A DNA stretch of 64,000 nucleotides from a virus (IMGVR_UViG_3300033074_001354:32001-96000), one strand, 5' to 3'. Shown: positions 19,651-30,024, counted from the stretch's first letter. The notes: a model not told the origin generated them from the sequence alone. A program made the numbers and translations.

Positions 19651-22600
19651 TATTGATTAGCCCTACGAATTATGCTGCTAAGATCTATACTGGACGTGTC
19701 ACCAATGATTTTCTTTCCTGTTCCATCTGTTGGAGACAGTAAGTCAAATGGATTCTTTGGTTGCTCCTGTCTCACTATAACATTCTTCATCACTTGCAAA
19801 ATAGTGCCAACATCTATTTGATTATCAGGCTCAGACAGACAGCACTCCACTGATCCACCAACGGCATCGCAATTATGTACGAATATACCAGCATCTAGCG
19901 CAAAATTTGAATATTTCTGAACTGTAAGATCAAACACCTCACAAGATGGCAACCTCTCAGTCTTAACCACCTTATGATTGTAATTTTTGTCTTCAGAAGG
20001 CTTTTTGCTCCTATTCTTTAATCTCTCAGTATGCCTTTTTCTAAACTCTGGGTCCTGCCATAGCTTCCTAATACTAGTTCTGCCATTCAACTTGTGCTTT
20101 TCCAGTAGTTCCTTTTTGAGTTCTATACTGGGCTCGGCAGCAAATTGCCCTAAACTATTTCTTTTTGTTATCTGTGACCTGTGAGTACCTTCCTTAATCT
20201 TTCTTCTGTTCTGCTCACGCAGTCTAACAGAATGCCTCGAAATAAATCCTGAATCATCCCATAAAGAAGACATTACTTTATGACCTAGTCTAGCATAGTG
20301 CCCATTTTCCTTTAGTTTCTGTATTTTCTTCTTAGACTTGTTGTATTGGGTGATGTTGTTTTTGCCAGTACGTTTACCAAGATTAGCGCTGCGCTCTTTA
20401 TGCCGTTTTCTGAACTCTGGATCTTTCCACATCCTATCCATATTGCTCTCGCCAAAACTATTGTGCAATAGTAAATGATCATCCCAGCCCATAATCTTTA
20501 AATTACATGATGCGTTGTTTAATTTATTAAAGTCAATATGATGTATCACTTTTCTAGTCTTCTTCTTTCCAGTATGTGTAAACCCTAATACTTCTCTAGC
20601 GACTAACGCATGAGTGTATTCATACTTATCAGTAGCATTTTGCTTTATAACGTGATATCCATTCATATTAAACCCAGAATCTTTACTAGAAACAGAAGTA
20701 TACAATGGCATCAAACTATCACCTGAAGAAAGATATTTAGCTTCTCTATATGATCCATCTCTAAGCATGAATCTATGATCCAAAGTACAATCAACAAATT
20801 TGCCATTGTCTAAATGTACTCTAACAATATCTTCTCTAATGCCATTGCTATGCACATTAGAAGCTTGCCCCACAGATATTGTTCCATCAGGCAAACAACT
20901 AAACACTTCAAACTCTTGACCAACAAGATCCTTTATAGCGACAGATTTTCCAGATAGCAAAATAATCTTTGTATCACCAGAAATACAAACGTCTTTTGAG
21001 CCAGCCATAGACACCTCTCTAGTGCCACCATCTTCAGTAAATTCTATCTCTAGCATTTTGACAGGGTGATCAACCTTTCCATCGCGGTGCTCTAAATACT
21101 TTGCTTCAATGTATAGAATCTGATGATGAAAACATTTCCATCTTTTTTCGTACACAAGATTACACCAGCTTATATATCCTTGATCAGTGCGATCCATTGA
21201 ACGATACTCTGTATCAATACCCTCTGCGCCTAATATCTGAAACGTGTCCTCTGATGCTAACTTCAAATCTGCAGAAAACTTGCGTATATTAAATCCCAGA
21301 TGTTTTAAATCAATAATAAACTTGCGCATCTTATAGATAGGAATAGCATCACCAGGCCTTGCTTTCAACCTAAGTATCCATTCAGTAGCAACAATTGGGA
21401 CTCTTTTCATCCCAGTTGTCTTATCTGGTAATATAACGTTACGTTCTTCCCAATCGGATACCAAAGAACATGCAAGAACCATAGCATCACCAGTAACACC
21501 AAAATCCATATGAATATATCTGGGCTTAGTCCTCTCAAACTTAACAGCACCCTGATCAAAAAACCACATAAGATCAATATCATCTTTAAGACCAATCTCT
21601 ATCGTATCCCTTTTGAAAAGATTTATCATCTCAGATGTCATACATTCTTTCACGAATATATCTGACTTAAACAACTTATTTCGGCGAGTGCCAGCAACGG
21701 AACGGCCAGCAATATCACGGCAAGCGTGAACTATATCCTGCTTAAAGTCTTCTTCATACTCTACAGGAACTTCTATTACCTCATACCCGTCTTTTTGCAA
21801 TTGTAGTATATTATCACCAGGCATCAAGATCATAGGATCACGAAACGCATCACCAGGTATGCCGACTTTAAACTTTTCTCCAGAGAAAAAGAATTTTGGC
21901 TTAGCATCCCACACTGGGATATCAAAAACCAAAGCAGTGCCTGAATTTTGTTTTTCAGCAACAAAAGTATTGATAAATGAAAGTTCATCTTGCTTAGAAG
22001 CCACAATTATCATTCGACCAAGACTCTTACCTTTAAGAACAACACGAGATTGGAATCGGCGATAAGTACTATCATACGCCTGAAGTACACGCAATTTCTG
22101 CTTAATAGAAACAGTAGGCGTATCAACTTCATCTAAAACTCCAGATAACACGTCGAGTCCTTGCGTTCCGAAGCCCTGTGACATAGGCGAAGATAGGACA
22201 AATTCTATTTCTGGCAATTGCACAGTCTGCTCCTTGCCATCAATAATACGCACCGCTATTTGCCTGAACCATGGAGATTTAAAAAGAAAAGATTGAAGAG
22301 TAAGATACCCTTTTGAACTGCCAAGATTTTTAGTGAGATTAAAGAAGGAAACCGATAAACGACCTGCAGAAAGTAGATTTAAATACTGCCTGGGATTTTT
22401 AAGGCACAAAATCCTATATATTACATAGCATAAAATGATGACAGCTATAGAAGACTTTCCTATTCCAATAGCTCCTGTTAGCACAACAAATATGTTGCTG
22501 TCATCATCAAATATCTTTACTAGCGCTCGTTTCCAAACATCATAGATACCTCTGCCATTTTCAGTCGACTTTCCTAAGTAATAATCATTAGTAATGAACT

Positions 22601-22703
22601 CAAGTATGTCGACAGGTTGCTCATTATAGTCGATTGCATATAATGCATCGCTATACGTTTTAAGATTGATTGGGCTGTTCTGTGCTCGACTCTTTTTGCT
22701 CAT
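19650..22703 (-). CDS. terL: Terminase large subunit (intein-containing)
   Basis: Walker A LTGAIGIGKS, Walker B VLDEVD, RNase H-like YIHMDFG, KVDHP, and SKDV/CDA split by the intein. Confidence 0.85.
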   Translation of the reverse strand: MSKKSRAQNSPINLKTYSDALYAIDYNEQPVDILEFITNDYYLGKSTENGRGIYDVWKRALVKIFDDDSNIFVVLTGAIGIGKSSIAVIILCYVIYRILCLKNPRQYLNLLSAGRLSVSFFNLTKNLGSSKGYLTLQSFLFKSPWFRQIAVRIIDGKEQTVQLPEIEFVLSSPMSQGFGTQGLDVLSGVLDEVDTPTVSIKQKLRVLQAYDSTYRRFQSRVVLKGKSLGRMIIVASKQDELSFINTFVAEKQNSGTALVFDIPVWDAKPKFFFSGEKFKVGIPGDAFRDPMILMPGDNILQLQKDGYEVIEVPVEYEEDFKQDIVHACRDIAGRSVAGTRRNKLFKSDIFVKECMTSEMINLFKRDTIEIGLKDDIDLMWFFDQGAVKFERTKPRYIHMDFGVTGDAMVLACSLVSDWEERNVILPDKTTGMKRVPIVATEWILRLKARPGDAIPIYKMRKFIIDLKHLGFNIRKFSADLKLASEDTFQILGAEGIDTEYRSMDRTDQGYISWCNLVYEKRWKCFHHQILYIEAKYLEHRDGKVDHPVKMLEIEFTEDGGTREVSMAGSKDVCISGDTKIILLSGKSVAIKDLVGQEFEVFSCLPDGTISVGQASNVHSNGIREDIVRVHLDNGKFVDCTLDHRFMLRDGSYREAKYLSSGDSLMPLYTSVSSKDSGFNMNGYHVIKQNATDKYEYTHALVAREVLGFTHTGKKKTRKVIHHIDFNKLNNASCNLKIMGWDDHLLLHNSFGESNMDRMWKDPEFRKRHKERSANLGKRTGKNNITQYNKSKKKIQKLKENGHYARLGHKVMSSLWDDSGFISRHSVRLREQNRRKIKEGTHRSQITKRNSLGQFAAEPSIELKKELLEKHKLNGRTSIRKLWQDPEFRKRHTERLKNRSKKPSEDKNYNHKVVKTERLPSCEVFDLTVQKYSNFALDAGIFVHNCDAVGGSVECCLSEPDNQIDVGTILQVMKNVIVRQEQPKNPFDLLSPTDGTGKKIIGDTSSIDLSSIIRRANQ
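19872..20987 (-). mobile_element. Intein (372 aa) with HNH homing endonuclease
   Basis: Starts CISGDT, block B CTLDHRF, HNH IHHIDFNKLNN...NL, repeated W-x-DPEFRKRH motifs, ends FVHN followed by extein Cys. Confidence 0.92.
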
Positions 22704-23364
22704 TAGATTTTACTTGGTTCTCACCATTTATGAGTTTTTTTAATTGTCTGCGTAAGTCTTCACGCTCATGTGGCAACATATTCTTGGCTTCTACAACAAT
22801 AGGATCATTCTCAACAGCTTTTCCTCCATTGCCATTTATCACTAGCATCTGACGATTATCTTGAACTACTACGTCTGGCTTCTTATTGGTGTAGCCCATA
22901 CGCTCAGCAAACTCCAGCATGTTCTTATCTTCTTCTCTGAGAAATTCCATGAGATATATTTTCAGCCTCATCACATCATGCTGCTCTTTTACAATAACTT
23001 CTACATCTTCTTTGTTACACTTAAGGCACTTGTACCTCGGTCCATTAGAATCATCGCAAACAGGCTTCACGACAAATGTATGACACGCAGATACCAAAAC
23101 ACGCTCTGACCCATCAAGATACCGAAGCATATCATTTGCTTCCTGAGTTCTTTGCTGGTATCCAAATAGAGCTTGCTGCATCAATGTGTTAGAAATAAGC
23201 ACACTGACATCTCGTGATTCTTTACCACGGAATTTTCTTATATACTTTTGGACTAATTGGACGCTGAGGCCTGTCTCGGTCGCAACGGCAATGGCGTTGC
23301 CACGATTTTTAAGGTAGGAAAGTTTTACACGTTCTATCAGCTTGAGTTCTTCTAGACTTTGCAC
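22660..23364 (-). CDS. Possible terminase small subunit (N-terminal HTH)
   Basis: HTH-like AIAVATETGLSVQLVQKY; directly upstream of and overlapping terL. Confidence 0.4.
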   Translation of the reverse strand: MQSLEELKLIERVKLSYLKNRGNAIAVATETGLSVQLVQKYIRKFRGKESRDVSVLISNTLMQQALFGYQQRTQEANDMLRYLDGSERVLVSACHTFVVKPVCDDSNGPRYKCLKCNKEDVEVIVKEQHDVMRLKIYLMEFLREEDKNMLEFAERMGYTNKKPDVVVQDNRQMLVINGNGGKAVENDPIVVEAKNMLPHEREDLRRQLKKLINGENQVKSNEQKESSTEQPNQS

Positions 23365-23369
23365 TATGC

Positions 23370-23801
23370 CTAAATACCATCGAGATTTGGAGTAATATCA
23401 CCAATCTCTTCTCCATCTTCTGATAAAATGATACGAGCATCCATAGCGCCCATATATCTTATCCTATAAGATTTGTTATCAATAGGACTTGGAATTGTCA
23501 AATTCCAAGGAGTGCTGCCATCAAATAAAACTGCATCACCAATCTTAATAGGATTCTTTCTAAAGAACCCTTTTGTGTTATAGTACCCAGGGCCAGCAGC
23601 AATCACCAAGCCAACTGGTATCCTGGATAATTCTTTCGTCTGCACTGGCAAATACAAATCACCAAGTTTATCTTCTGGCAAATACTGCCATATGAATATC
23701 TTGTCACCAGTAGGAAGTACTTTTGTGACTATACTTGTTCCATTCCAAAAAGGGCAAGTATCAAACAGTCTTTGCTGCAGTTCTTTAAAATCCATTAACA
23801 C
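23370..23801 (-). CDS. Divergent GroES-like co-chaperonin
   Basis: PTGDKIFI...GDLYLP...GLVIAAGPG...IKIGDAVLF. Confidence 0.75.
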   Translation of the reverse strand: MLMDFKELQQRLFDTCPFWNGTSIVTKVLPTGDKIFIWQYLPEDKLGDLYLPVQTKELSRIPVGLVIAAGPGYYNTKGFFRKNPIKIGDAVLFDGSTPWNLTIPSPIDNKSYRIRYMGAMDARIILSEDGEEIGDITPNLDGI

Positions 23802-24255
23802 CCTCTTTTAATGTCATCTTGAACTGTTTTATATTATCCAATTCCATGAGCAATTCACATTCAACATGGTATAAGAACTCCCTATCCACTTGCATAGTTG
23901 CATCTTTTTTGATTGCATCAATCCTATCCATATAGAAATCAGTCCCATACTTCTCTACTAGCCATAGAACTGCACCTATTGGATCTACATGCCACCAACG
24001 AAAATGATGATAATAACAGAGGCACTTAATATTGGAGGGATCGAACTCGACGGTTTTGTAATGACCTACTGGAAGGATATGAGAGCAATGAACGCCTTTG
24101 CCCCCCTTGGTGCAACCACGGAACTGGCATTCACTGCTGTCCCGAAACTTTACTATCTCCTTGACATACCTGCTTAGCCTCCGCTTGATTTTGCGGATTG
24201 GCTCCAACTTTTCCTTTTTGACTCTTTTCTTTGAACCTCTTCGCATACAACTCAA
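23785..24255 (-). CDS. NinG/Rap-like HNH endonuclease
   Basis: VKFRD..CQ..GC...HCSHI...FDPSNIKCLCYYHH. Confidence 0.7.
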   Translation of the reverse strand: MSCMRRGSKKRVKKEKLEPIRKIKRRLSRYVKEIVKFRDSSECQFRGCTKGGKGVHCSHILPVGHYKTVEFDPSNIKCLCYYHHFRWWHVDPIGAVLWLVEKYGTDFYMDRIDAIKKDATMQVDREFLYHVECELLMELDNIKQFKMTLKEGVNGF

Positions 24256-24520
24256 TCTCTTTTAGCCAGCGCTGATTTGGATTGCCAAGCTCATTATACT
24301 TGTGCAAAGCCCTACAAACACACAATGCATTATCCAATATTATAAATGCAGAAACATTGAACGCCGAAGAGCACTGCATCAATTGCAGACCAAAATCGTG
24401 AATGCCAACTTTAGATTCAAATTCCATCTGTATCTTGAGAACTATCTTATTATACTCCGTTGATTGGTCATCATCTATATCATGTTTTGAAATGAACTCT
24501 TGCATCTCTATGCTGGTCAT
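24131..24520 (-). CDS. Hypothetical protein
   Basis: Coupled to the SbcD-SbcC gene. Confidence 0.45.
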   Translation of the reverse strand: MTSIEMQEFISKHDIDDDQSTEYNKIVLKIQMEFESKVGIHDFGLQLMQCSSAFNVSAFIILDNALCVCRALHKYNELGNPNQRWLKEIELYAKRFKEKSQKGKVGANPQNQAEAKQVCQGDSKVSGQQ

Positions 24521-27480
24521 GAAAGAATCATACTAGCGTTACTGCTAGCCTCCGTTATAGAAAGTGATGACACACCCTTGCTCTTTATTATATACATTAC
24601 TCTATCAGCATAAGATGATAGCTCTGGTGTATGAGAAATAACATATATGCATCTTTCATTAGCCATTGTCATTAATTCATGCGCTATTGTCTCTTCGCCA
24701 AGTTTGTCCAAAAATGAAAACAATTCGTCGAATATGACAATACCAAGGATGCCTTGCTTTACACCGTATCTCTCAGCAACCCATTTGTTCAGAGAAAGGC
24801 AAATGCTAAAGTCCAGTCTGCGCTTTTCTCCACCAGACAATGACTGATACTGGACTTGACGACCATCAAGACATATCTTCATGCCCATCTTATTACGCAT
24901 CTCACCAGATTTCAATTCTTTGCTGGGAGTAAGTTCCAGGGACATCTCTCCACCAGATACTGATGACAGCACTTCACCAACTATCTTGTTGAATCTATTG
25001 CAGAATCTATCAATAAGCATTGAACGAATGCCTTTTGTTGAAAAAGACTCCTTCCAAAATTCCATGTCACTTCTAGATGCCTCTATGCCAAATCTTCTTG
25101 ATGTCAACCGGGTAATTAGGGCCTCTGATTGCAACTTTTCTTCACACAATTTCTCTATTGTGCTAAGCAAAGATACTGATTTATCGCATGATTCTCTATA
25201 CTCTTTTTCACATCTGCTAATATCAGACTCGATCTGCCGTCGCTGCATATCTAACATTTTCTTTTGGTTCTCTATGTCAGACTTCTTCTTTTGCAAATCA
25301 TTTATCTGGTCTGATGTCGCAGATTTTGCTATACCTAAATCCTTTACAGCATTGCGATACTCTTCATTGATCTCATACGCCTCTTCTTTCTTCTTTTGCA
25401 ACGCAGATTCTAGATGTTTCTTTTTAGCAGTCTGCTCCGACAATGCAGCAACCACCTGTGACAAAGTCGTTTCCGCAGCAGACAGCGCTGTAGTATGCTC
25501 CAAACATAACACTTCTTTTGAAGATTCTGTTACTATAGACCCGCAGCTTGTGCATAGAACGTTCTCAGCTTTCGACCTAATGTCACCAAGATACTTCTTT
25601 TCTCGTGCTATAATTTGTTCATTGAACATCTTCTGAGAAGACCATGTGTTTATGACAGAGCTCACTTCACGAATCTTACTCTCGATAACAGTAACTTCAC
25701 CATTCAGATCTGCAGCAAGAGTTTTGAAGTGCTCCGTTATACTTTCCTCTTCATTGAGTAAATCCCTCAACGTATCTTGAAGCCTATGCCCTTCTGTATC
25801 AATATCAATAGAAGGGATTTCCATGCTCAACAGATCAGACTTTTGATTGCTATAGCACACTATAGCTTTCTGCAATTCTTCTTGCTTCGCATCAATTTCA
25901 GACAAGACTCTGTTATGAATTTCCAATTTAGATTCTATCAACCGTATATTATTATTTTCTTTTTCCTCTGTGCCAATTGATTCCTGGAGATCTGCTTCAA
26001 GTTGATGTATACGTTTATGACATGAATCGTATAGGACATCAAACATATCAAAGTCTAACAACTTGGTTACAAAATTGGTCTTATCTGAATCAGAAAATTG
26101 TGACAAGAGAGTAAGATTCTCCTGAGAAAAATAAGCACAAATAGTAAACAGTACTTCATCAAACCCAAGGATTTCCAAAAGAACGTTCTGTCTTTCACTT
26201 GCTAATCTACCAGCACATAGATCTTTTCCTGAGCCATCAACAATTGCTAGACCAAACTTTCTGGACCTGGTGACAATAAACAAATCCTCACCAGCTGTAA
26301 TAACTATTTCCACAGAACAGTCTTTAGCTCCGTGTTGAACAACATCATTTCCTGTAAGACCCTTGGACGTCTTGCCAAACAGGCACCAGTAAAGTGCCTC
26401 ACCAACGGCGGTGGTTTTACCAGATCCGTTACTATCAAACATGTCAGAAACGCCAATCACTAGGTTGACCCCAGTTTGATAGTCATATGACATATCAGAT
26501 ATAGACAAAAAATTCTTAATGTTAATGCTGTGCAAGAATCCATCAATTATGTTTCTTGCCTTTGAAGTGATCTGGTTTATACCTATCTCATTCAGTCGGG
26601 TCAGCAAAGATGCATCTTTGCCTTGTAAAGCCACCCATTCAGCTAGCATGCCTTCCAAAGAGTCTGCTTTTATTTTCTCTTCATAATACACTGGCTCTAC
26701 TATTTGAATAACATTCTCGGCAGGGTCAGCTTCCTCACCAATAACACGGTAGTAATCGTAATCATTTTTGATCTCTGCCCTTGTCGTTACCGTTTTAAAC
26801 TCTGGGTATCTCAGCTTGACGAATTCAGGCACTGTAGGATTCTGGCTATCAACCAGCCACAATCCGCGATCACCCTCATCACCAAAATTGAAATGCATAG
26901 GAGAACCTATGATCCAACAATTATCAGACAGTTGCTGCCTTTGATGTATATGGCCAAACAACACCAGCTTGTTATTAGCAGCCAATGTCTTCCAGTCATA
27001 TCCGTCAGAAAAGGTGTAATTATTTACTTTGCAGCCAGCAGGAGTGCGATGAGCTACAACTATATCGTAGCCTTTTATTTCAGAGTTAGGCTCGTCGTAG
27101 TGGAGAGTTTTGATCTTGCATAAATCAGTAGCATGCCCACGATCGAACATATGAACAGAACTATGATACCAGTCTGACTGCTGTCTAACAACAAGATCAT
27201 GGTTGCCTCTTGTTATCTGATAAGTAATTCCATGATCTTCTAATTTCCTGAAGAACCACATACCCCAATTGAGGCACTCAGTCGCAACCTCACCTGTTTT
27301 ATGGTAGAAATCGCCCCCAAACAAAACATGCTTTATATGTCTTTCTTTACATATTCCAATGATTTGCTCGAGAATATGTAACTGCTCTTTGAATCTTCGA
27401 GGCAACCCTGTCTCACGATCCCTCCCGAATTGCTTCCACATATGCAAATGAAGGTCAGAAAATATCAGAATATCGTGCAT
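24517..27480 (-). CDS. Fused SbcD(Mre11)-SbcC(Rad50) nuclease-ATPase
   Basis: SDLH, GGD, GNHD, GHIH, GSP nuclease motifs, then NFLS, SNGSGKT, CTSC hook, LSGGE, FDELF..LD, ISH in one 987-aa ORF. Confidence 0.9.
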   Translation of the reverse strand: MHDILIFSDLHLHMWKQFGRDRETGLPRRFKEQLHILEQIIGICKERHIKHVLFGGDFYHKTGEVATECLNWGMWFFRKLEDHGITYQITRGNHDLVVRQQSDWYHSSVHMFDRGHATDLCKIKTLHYDEPNSEIKGYDIVVAHRTPAGCKVNNYTFSDGYDWKTLAANNKLVLFGHIHQRQQLSDNCWIIGSPMHFNFGDEGDRGLWLVDSQNPTVPEFVKLRYPEFKTVTTRAEIKNDYDYYRVIGEEADPAENVIQIVEPVYYEEKIKADSLEGMLAEWVALQGKDASLLTRLNEIGINQITSKARNIIDGFLHSINIKNFLSISDMSYDYQTGVNLVIGVSDMFDSNGSGKTTAVGEALYWCLFGKTSKGLTGNDVVQHGAKDCSVEIVITAGEDLFIVTRSRKFGLAIVDGSGKDLCAGRLASERQNVLLEILGFDEVLFTICAYFSQENLTLLSQFSDSDKTNFVTKLLDFDMFDVLYDSCHKRIHQLEADLQESIGTEEKENNNIRLIESKLEIHNRVLSEIDAKQEELQKAIVCYSNQKSDLLSMEIPSIDIDTEGHRLQDTLRDLLNEEESITEHFKTLAADLNGEVTVIESKIREVSSVINTWSSQKMFNEQIIAREKKYLGDIRSKAENVLCTSCGSIVTESSKEVLCLEHTTALSAAETTLSQVVAALSEQTAKKKHLESALQKKKEEAYEINEEYRNAVKDLGIAKSATSDQINDLQKKKSDIENQKKMLDMQRRQIESDISRCEKEYRESCDKSVSLLSTIEKLCEEKLQSEALITRLTSRRFGIEASRSDMEFWKESFSTKGIRSMLIDRFCNRFNKIVGEVLSSVSGGEMSLELTPSKELKSGEMRNKMGMKICLDGRQVQYQSLSGGEKRRLDFSICLSLNKWVAERYGVKQGILGIVIFDELFSFLDKLGEETIAHELMTMANERCIYVISHTPELSSYADRVMYIIKSKGVSSLSITEASSNASMILS

Positions 27481-27483
27481 TGT

Positions 27484-27696
27484 TTATACACCCATACATG
27501 GAGGAACAGCTAAACCACCAGGAGTTATTTGTAGATCAACACCGTATTTTTCTACTATTCTAGCATGACATTCTTTCTCTTGATAAGCTGTCCAACCTAA
27601 AGTCTCAGTTGGAGGTATACTATCTACTAGACTTGGCAGTATGCCAGGTACTACTGGCAGTTCAACACCTAAAAATCTTACGTAATCTATGCTCAT
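27484..27696 (-). CDS. Small hypothetical protein
   Basis: Coupled to the glycosyltransferase gene; shares a KECH....EKY motif with it. Confidence 0.4.
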   Translation of the reverse strand: MSIDYVRFLGVELPVVPGILPSLVDSIPPTETLGWTAYQEKECHARIVEKYGVDLQITPGGLAVPPCMGV

Positions 27697-28520
27697 TCTT
27701 TATACCAATCAAATATACCCAAGTGTGACAAATCACGGTGTAAGTTTTTCCAAGAAGCATTCAATTTCAAACGCCCATCCTTCTTGTATGTTCGAAGTTT
27801 GAACCAATTTGGATACTTCTCCAACATATAATCATGACATTCTTTGTGCACTGTTTGGTAGAACATAGAACACCCATCATTCCCTGTAGAACCAACAGTT
27901 GTCTGCAATTTGCTATACGCAAAATCTGAAGTTAGGCATGCACGTTTACCAGCTAGCCATAACTTGAGATTCATCTCAGCATCCTCATTTAATGGAAGAT
28001 CAGCTGTATAATTACCTGCAGCAAGGACATCTTGCACGTTCAAAATGATGCAACTGACTGCCCAAGACTTAAACCAGAATTTTGGAATGTCACCAAACCG
28101 AAGATTAAAATGATGTATGAACCCAAGCATAGATATACGATTAGCTTTGCAGAGCATCATGGCTTTTTCCAGATGAGCTTTAGTCTTTATAGGATAATAC
28201 TTACTGTCATGATCTGCCTTGAACGACAGAGCATTGATGTCATCATCTAACATCCATATGTATTTGATCTGCTTCTTGGAAGCCCACTGGACAATGTAAT
28301 TTCGAGCAAACCCAATTCCCCTATCGTTATCAGGAAGTATCTCCACAGGAAGCCCCAGACTCATGTAAAGGTTTATATCCTGGGGCTCAACAAATACCGT
28401 GGCAGTATGTATTCCAAGATCTTTGAGAAGTTTAAAAGTCCGACCGTTAGGTCTTCCTTTTGAAGGAACACAGATCCAAGAATCTATACTCCACAGTTGG
28501 GTCTTATCTATGCCAATCAA
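27693..28520 (-). CDS. GT-A glycosyltransferase, TAGT/GREB1-like (DNA base modification-associated)
   Basis: VPSKGR, VFVEPQD...Y, GIGFARN, WMLDDDI, EDAEM motifs. Confidence 0.7.
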   Translation of the reverse strand: MIGIDKTQLWSIDSWICVPSKGRPNGRTFKLLKDLGIHTATVFVEPQDINLYMSLGLPVEILPDNDRGIGFARNYIVQWASKKQIKYIWMLDDDINALSFKADHDSKYYPIKTKAHLEKAMMLCKANRISMLGFIHHFNLRFGDIPKFWFKSWAVSCIILNVQDVLAAGNYTADLPLNEDAEMNLKLWLAGKRACLTSDFAYSKLQTTVGSTGNDGCSMFYQTVHKECHDYMLEKYPNWFKLRTYKKDGRLKLNASWKNLHRDLSHLGIFDWYKE

Positions 28521-28996
28521 GAATCAACTCTACCAAAAACTGGTTTACCGTTATTTGCAACATCATATTTATGATGACATTTAGAGCATAGCTGCTGCCA
28601 GTCACTTCTATCCAAACTCTTATAATCATGTCTCTTGTTAGACCAATGGAACACTTTGCCATTTCCACTGCATGTATTTGATTCGCAATGATCAGCTTTG
28701 CCATACATCTTACGAATCCTACCATGCAATGTCTTATTTTTACTAGGAACACCAACAATCCACTTACGATGTCTTGGGCCACTTGTAGATCTACTAATGC
28801 TGGCTTTATGGCTATTTGTGAACACCAAACCTATCCTAGACATTTTAATATTAGCTTTATGCTCACTAGACAATGGCTTGCCACCGCGACAGCCAATCAA
28901 AGATTTCCGATGGCTGTCAGAAAGAGGCAAGCCAATATGAGACTTTCTCATTTTTGCTTTAGACTCTTCACTATGCTTAAACCCAAGCTTAGACAT
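28517..28996 (-). CDS. HNH homing endonuclease with NUMOD3 repeats
   Basis: G.KHSEESKAKM repeats; LH..IR..YGKA..C...WSN...DW..LCSKCH..YD. Confidence 0.8.
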   Translation of the reverse strand: MSKLGFKHSEESKAKMRKSHIGLPLSDSHRKSLIGCRGGKPLSSEHKANIKMSRIGLVFTNSHKASISRSTSGPRHRKWIVGVPSKNKTLHGRIRKMYGKADHCESNTCSGNGKVFHWSNKRHDYKSLDRSDWQQLCSKCHHKYDVANNGKPVFGRVDS

Positions 28997-29991
28997 TATA
29001 CACCAATATTATCATGCTGAACAACACAACTTGCGCTACAAGTTGGACAAAACGCAGTAGATTGCATTCTATCAGCAACAGACATCACATCATACCTATG
29101 ACCAGACAAAGTATCTCTAACCTCCCTGGTCATATCATCAAAAACATCAAACCATGTTAAAGTTTTTAGCTCAATCTTTTCTGCCCAAGATTTCCAAAAT
29201 TTACTTAAGAATGATTTACCATACTTGCTAGAAAATGCAACAGATAACTCTCGTATTGAACCAACAGCAACACCTTGTTTCTCTATCAACCAATCCAATA
29301 AATTGATTGAATCACGAAGCATGGTTTCATCATTTAGTACTTGAAGTCCTTCACGACCAACGAACCGCATTTGGCGAGTAAGTCCATTTGTGCATACTAG
29401 CCAATGTACACCAGGAGCAGCATCAACACGGCCATTAACTTTCACGAACATTCCTGGATCAAACAATTCTCCCTTGATATTCTGCTTACGATTACTGGTT
29501 GAAAGAAATTGCAATTCCATATGATCATCTCTTCCACCCATGTAAACACGACTGTAATTACGTGTAAAAATAGAATGATCAATTCCTTCAAGAAGTTTTG
29601 TAAATCCAACATCTTCACTGCCAGATTTTGTTCGTATCAAAACATCAAAAGGTTTTTTATCTTCGGATTCCACTTGAACAACATCAAACATGAACTCAGG
29701 CTTTACCTTTGACATCTCCCAATATTCTCGCATCAAAGATATTGCTCGAGCAACATTTGCATCTTTGACCAATTGTCTCCCTAGACTACCAATTGGCTTA
29801 AACAACTCCTTAACAGTATAAGGAACGGTAAAGCTTTCTCCCCCTTCTGTCGTGAGATCCAGAACACAATCAAACTTAGGATTCATTTCAGAAATTCTAT
29901 CAAGAACCTGATTACCGTCTAAAGTGATAGTTCTGGCAGTATCGAAAAACTGATCAATTGGGACATTATACCATTTTACTTTTGCTGACAT
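28996..29991 (-). CDS. Hypothetical protein (DUF932/DUF945-like motif)
   Basis: LVCTNGL motif. Confidence 0.45.
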   Translation of the reverse strand: MSAKVKWYNVPIDQFFDTARTITLDGNQVLDRISEMNPKFDCVLDLTTEGGESFTVPYTVKELFKPIGSLGRQLVKDANVARAISLMREYWEMSKVKPEFMFDVVQVESEDKKPFDVLIRTKSGSEDVGFTKLLEGIDHSIFTRNYSRVYMGGRDDHMELQFLSTSNRKQNIKGELFDPGMFVKVNGRVDAAPGVHWLVCTNGLTRQMRFVGREGLQVLNDETMLRDSINLLDWLIEKQGVAVGSIRELSVAFSSKYGKSFLSKFWKSWAEKIELKTLTWFDVFDDMTREVRDTLSGHRYDVMSVADRMQSTAFCPTCSASCVVQHDNIGV

Positions 29992-30024
29992 AATTTATCT
30001 CCTTAAAATTGAGGAACTCAACAG

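Noticed and set aside
10422-24363. 17-bp exact repeat TGCAGAAACATTGAACG at 10422 and 24347
   Set aside because: A single pair of this length in 64 kb of AT-rich DNA is plausible by chance; one copy is inside a CDS
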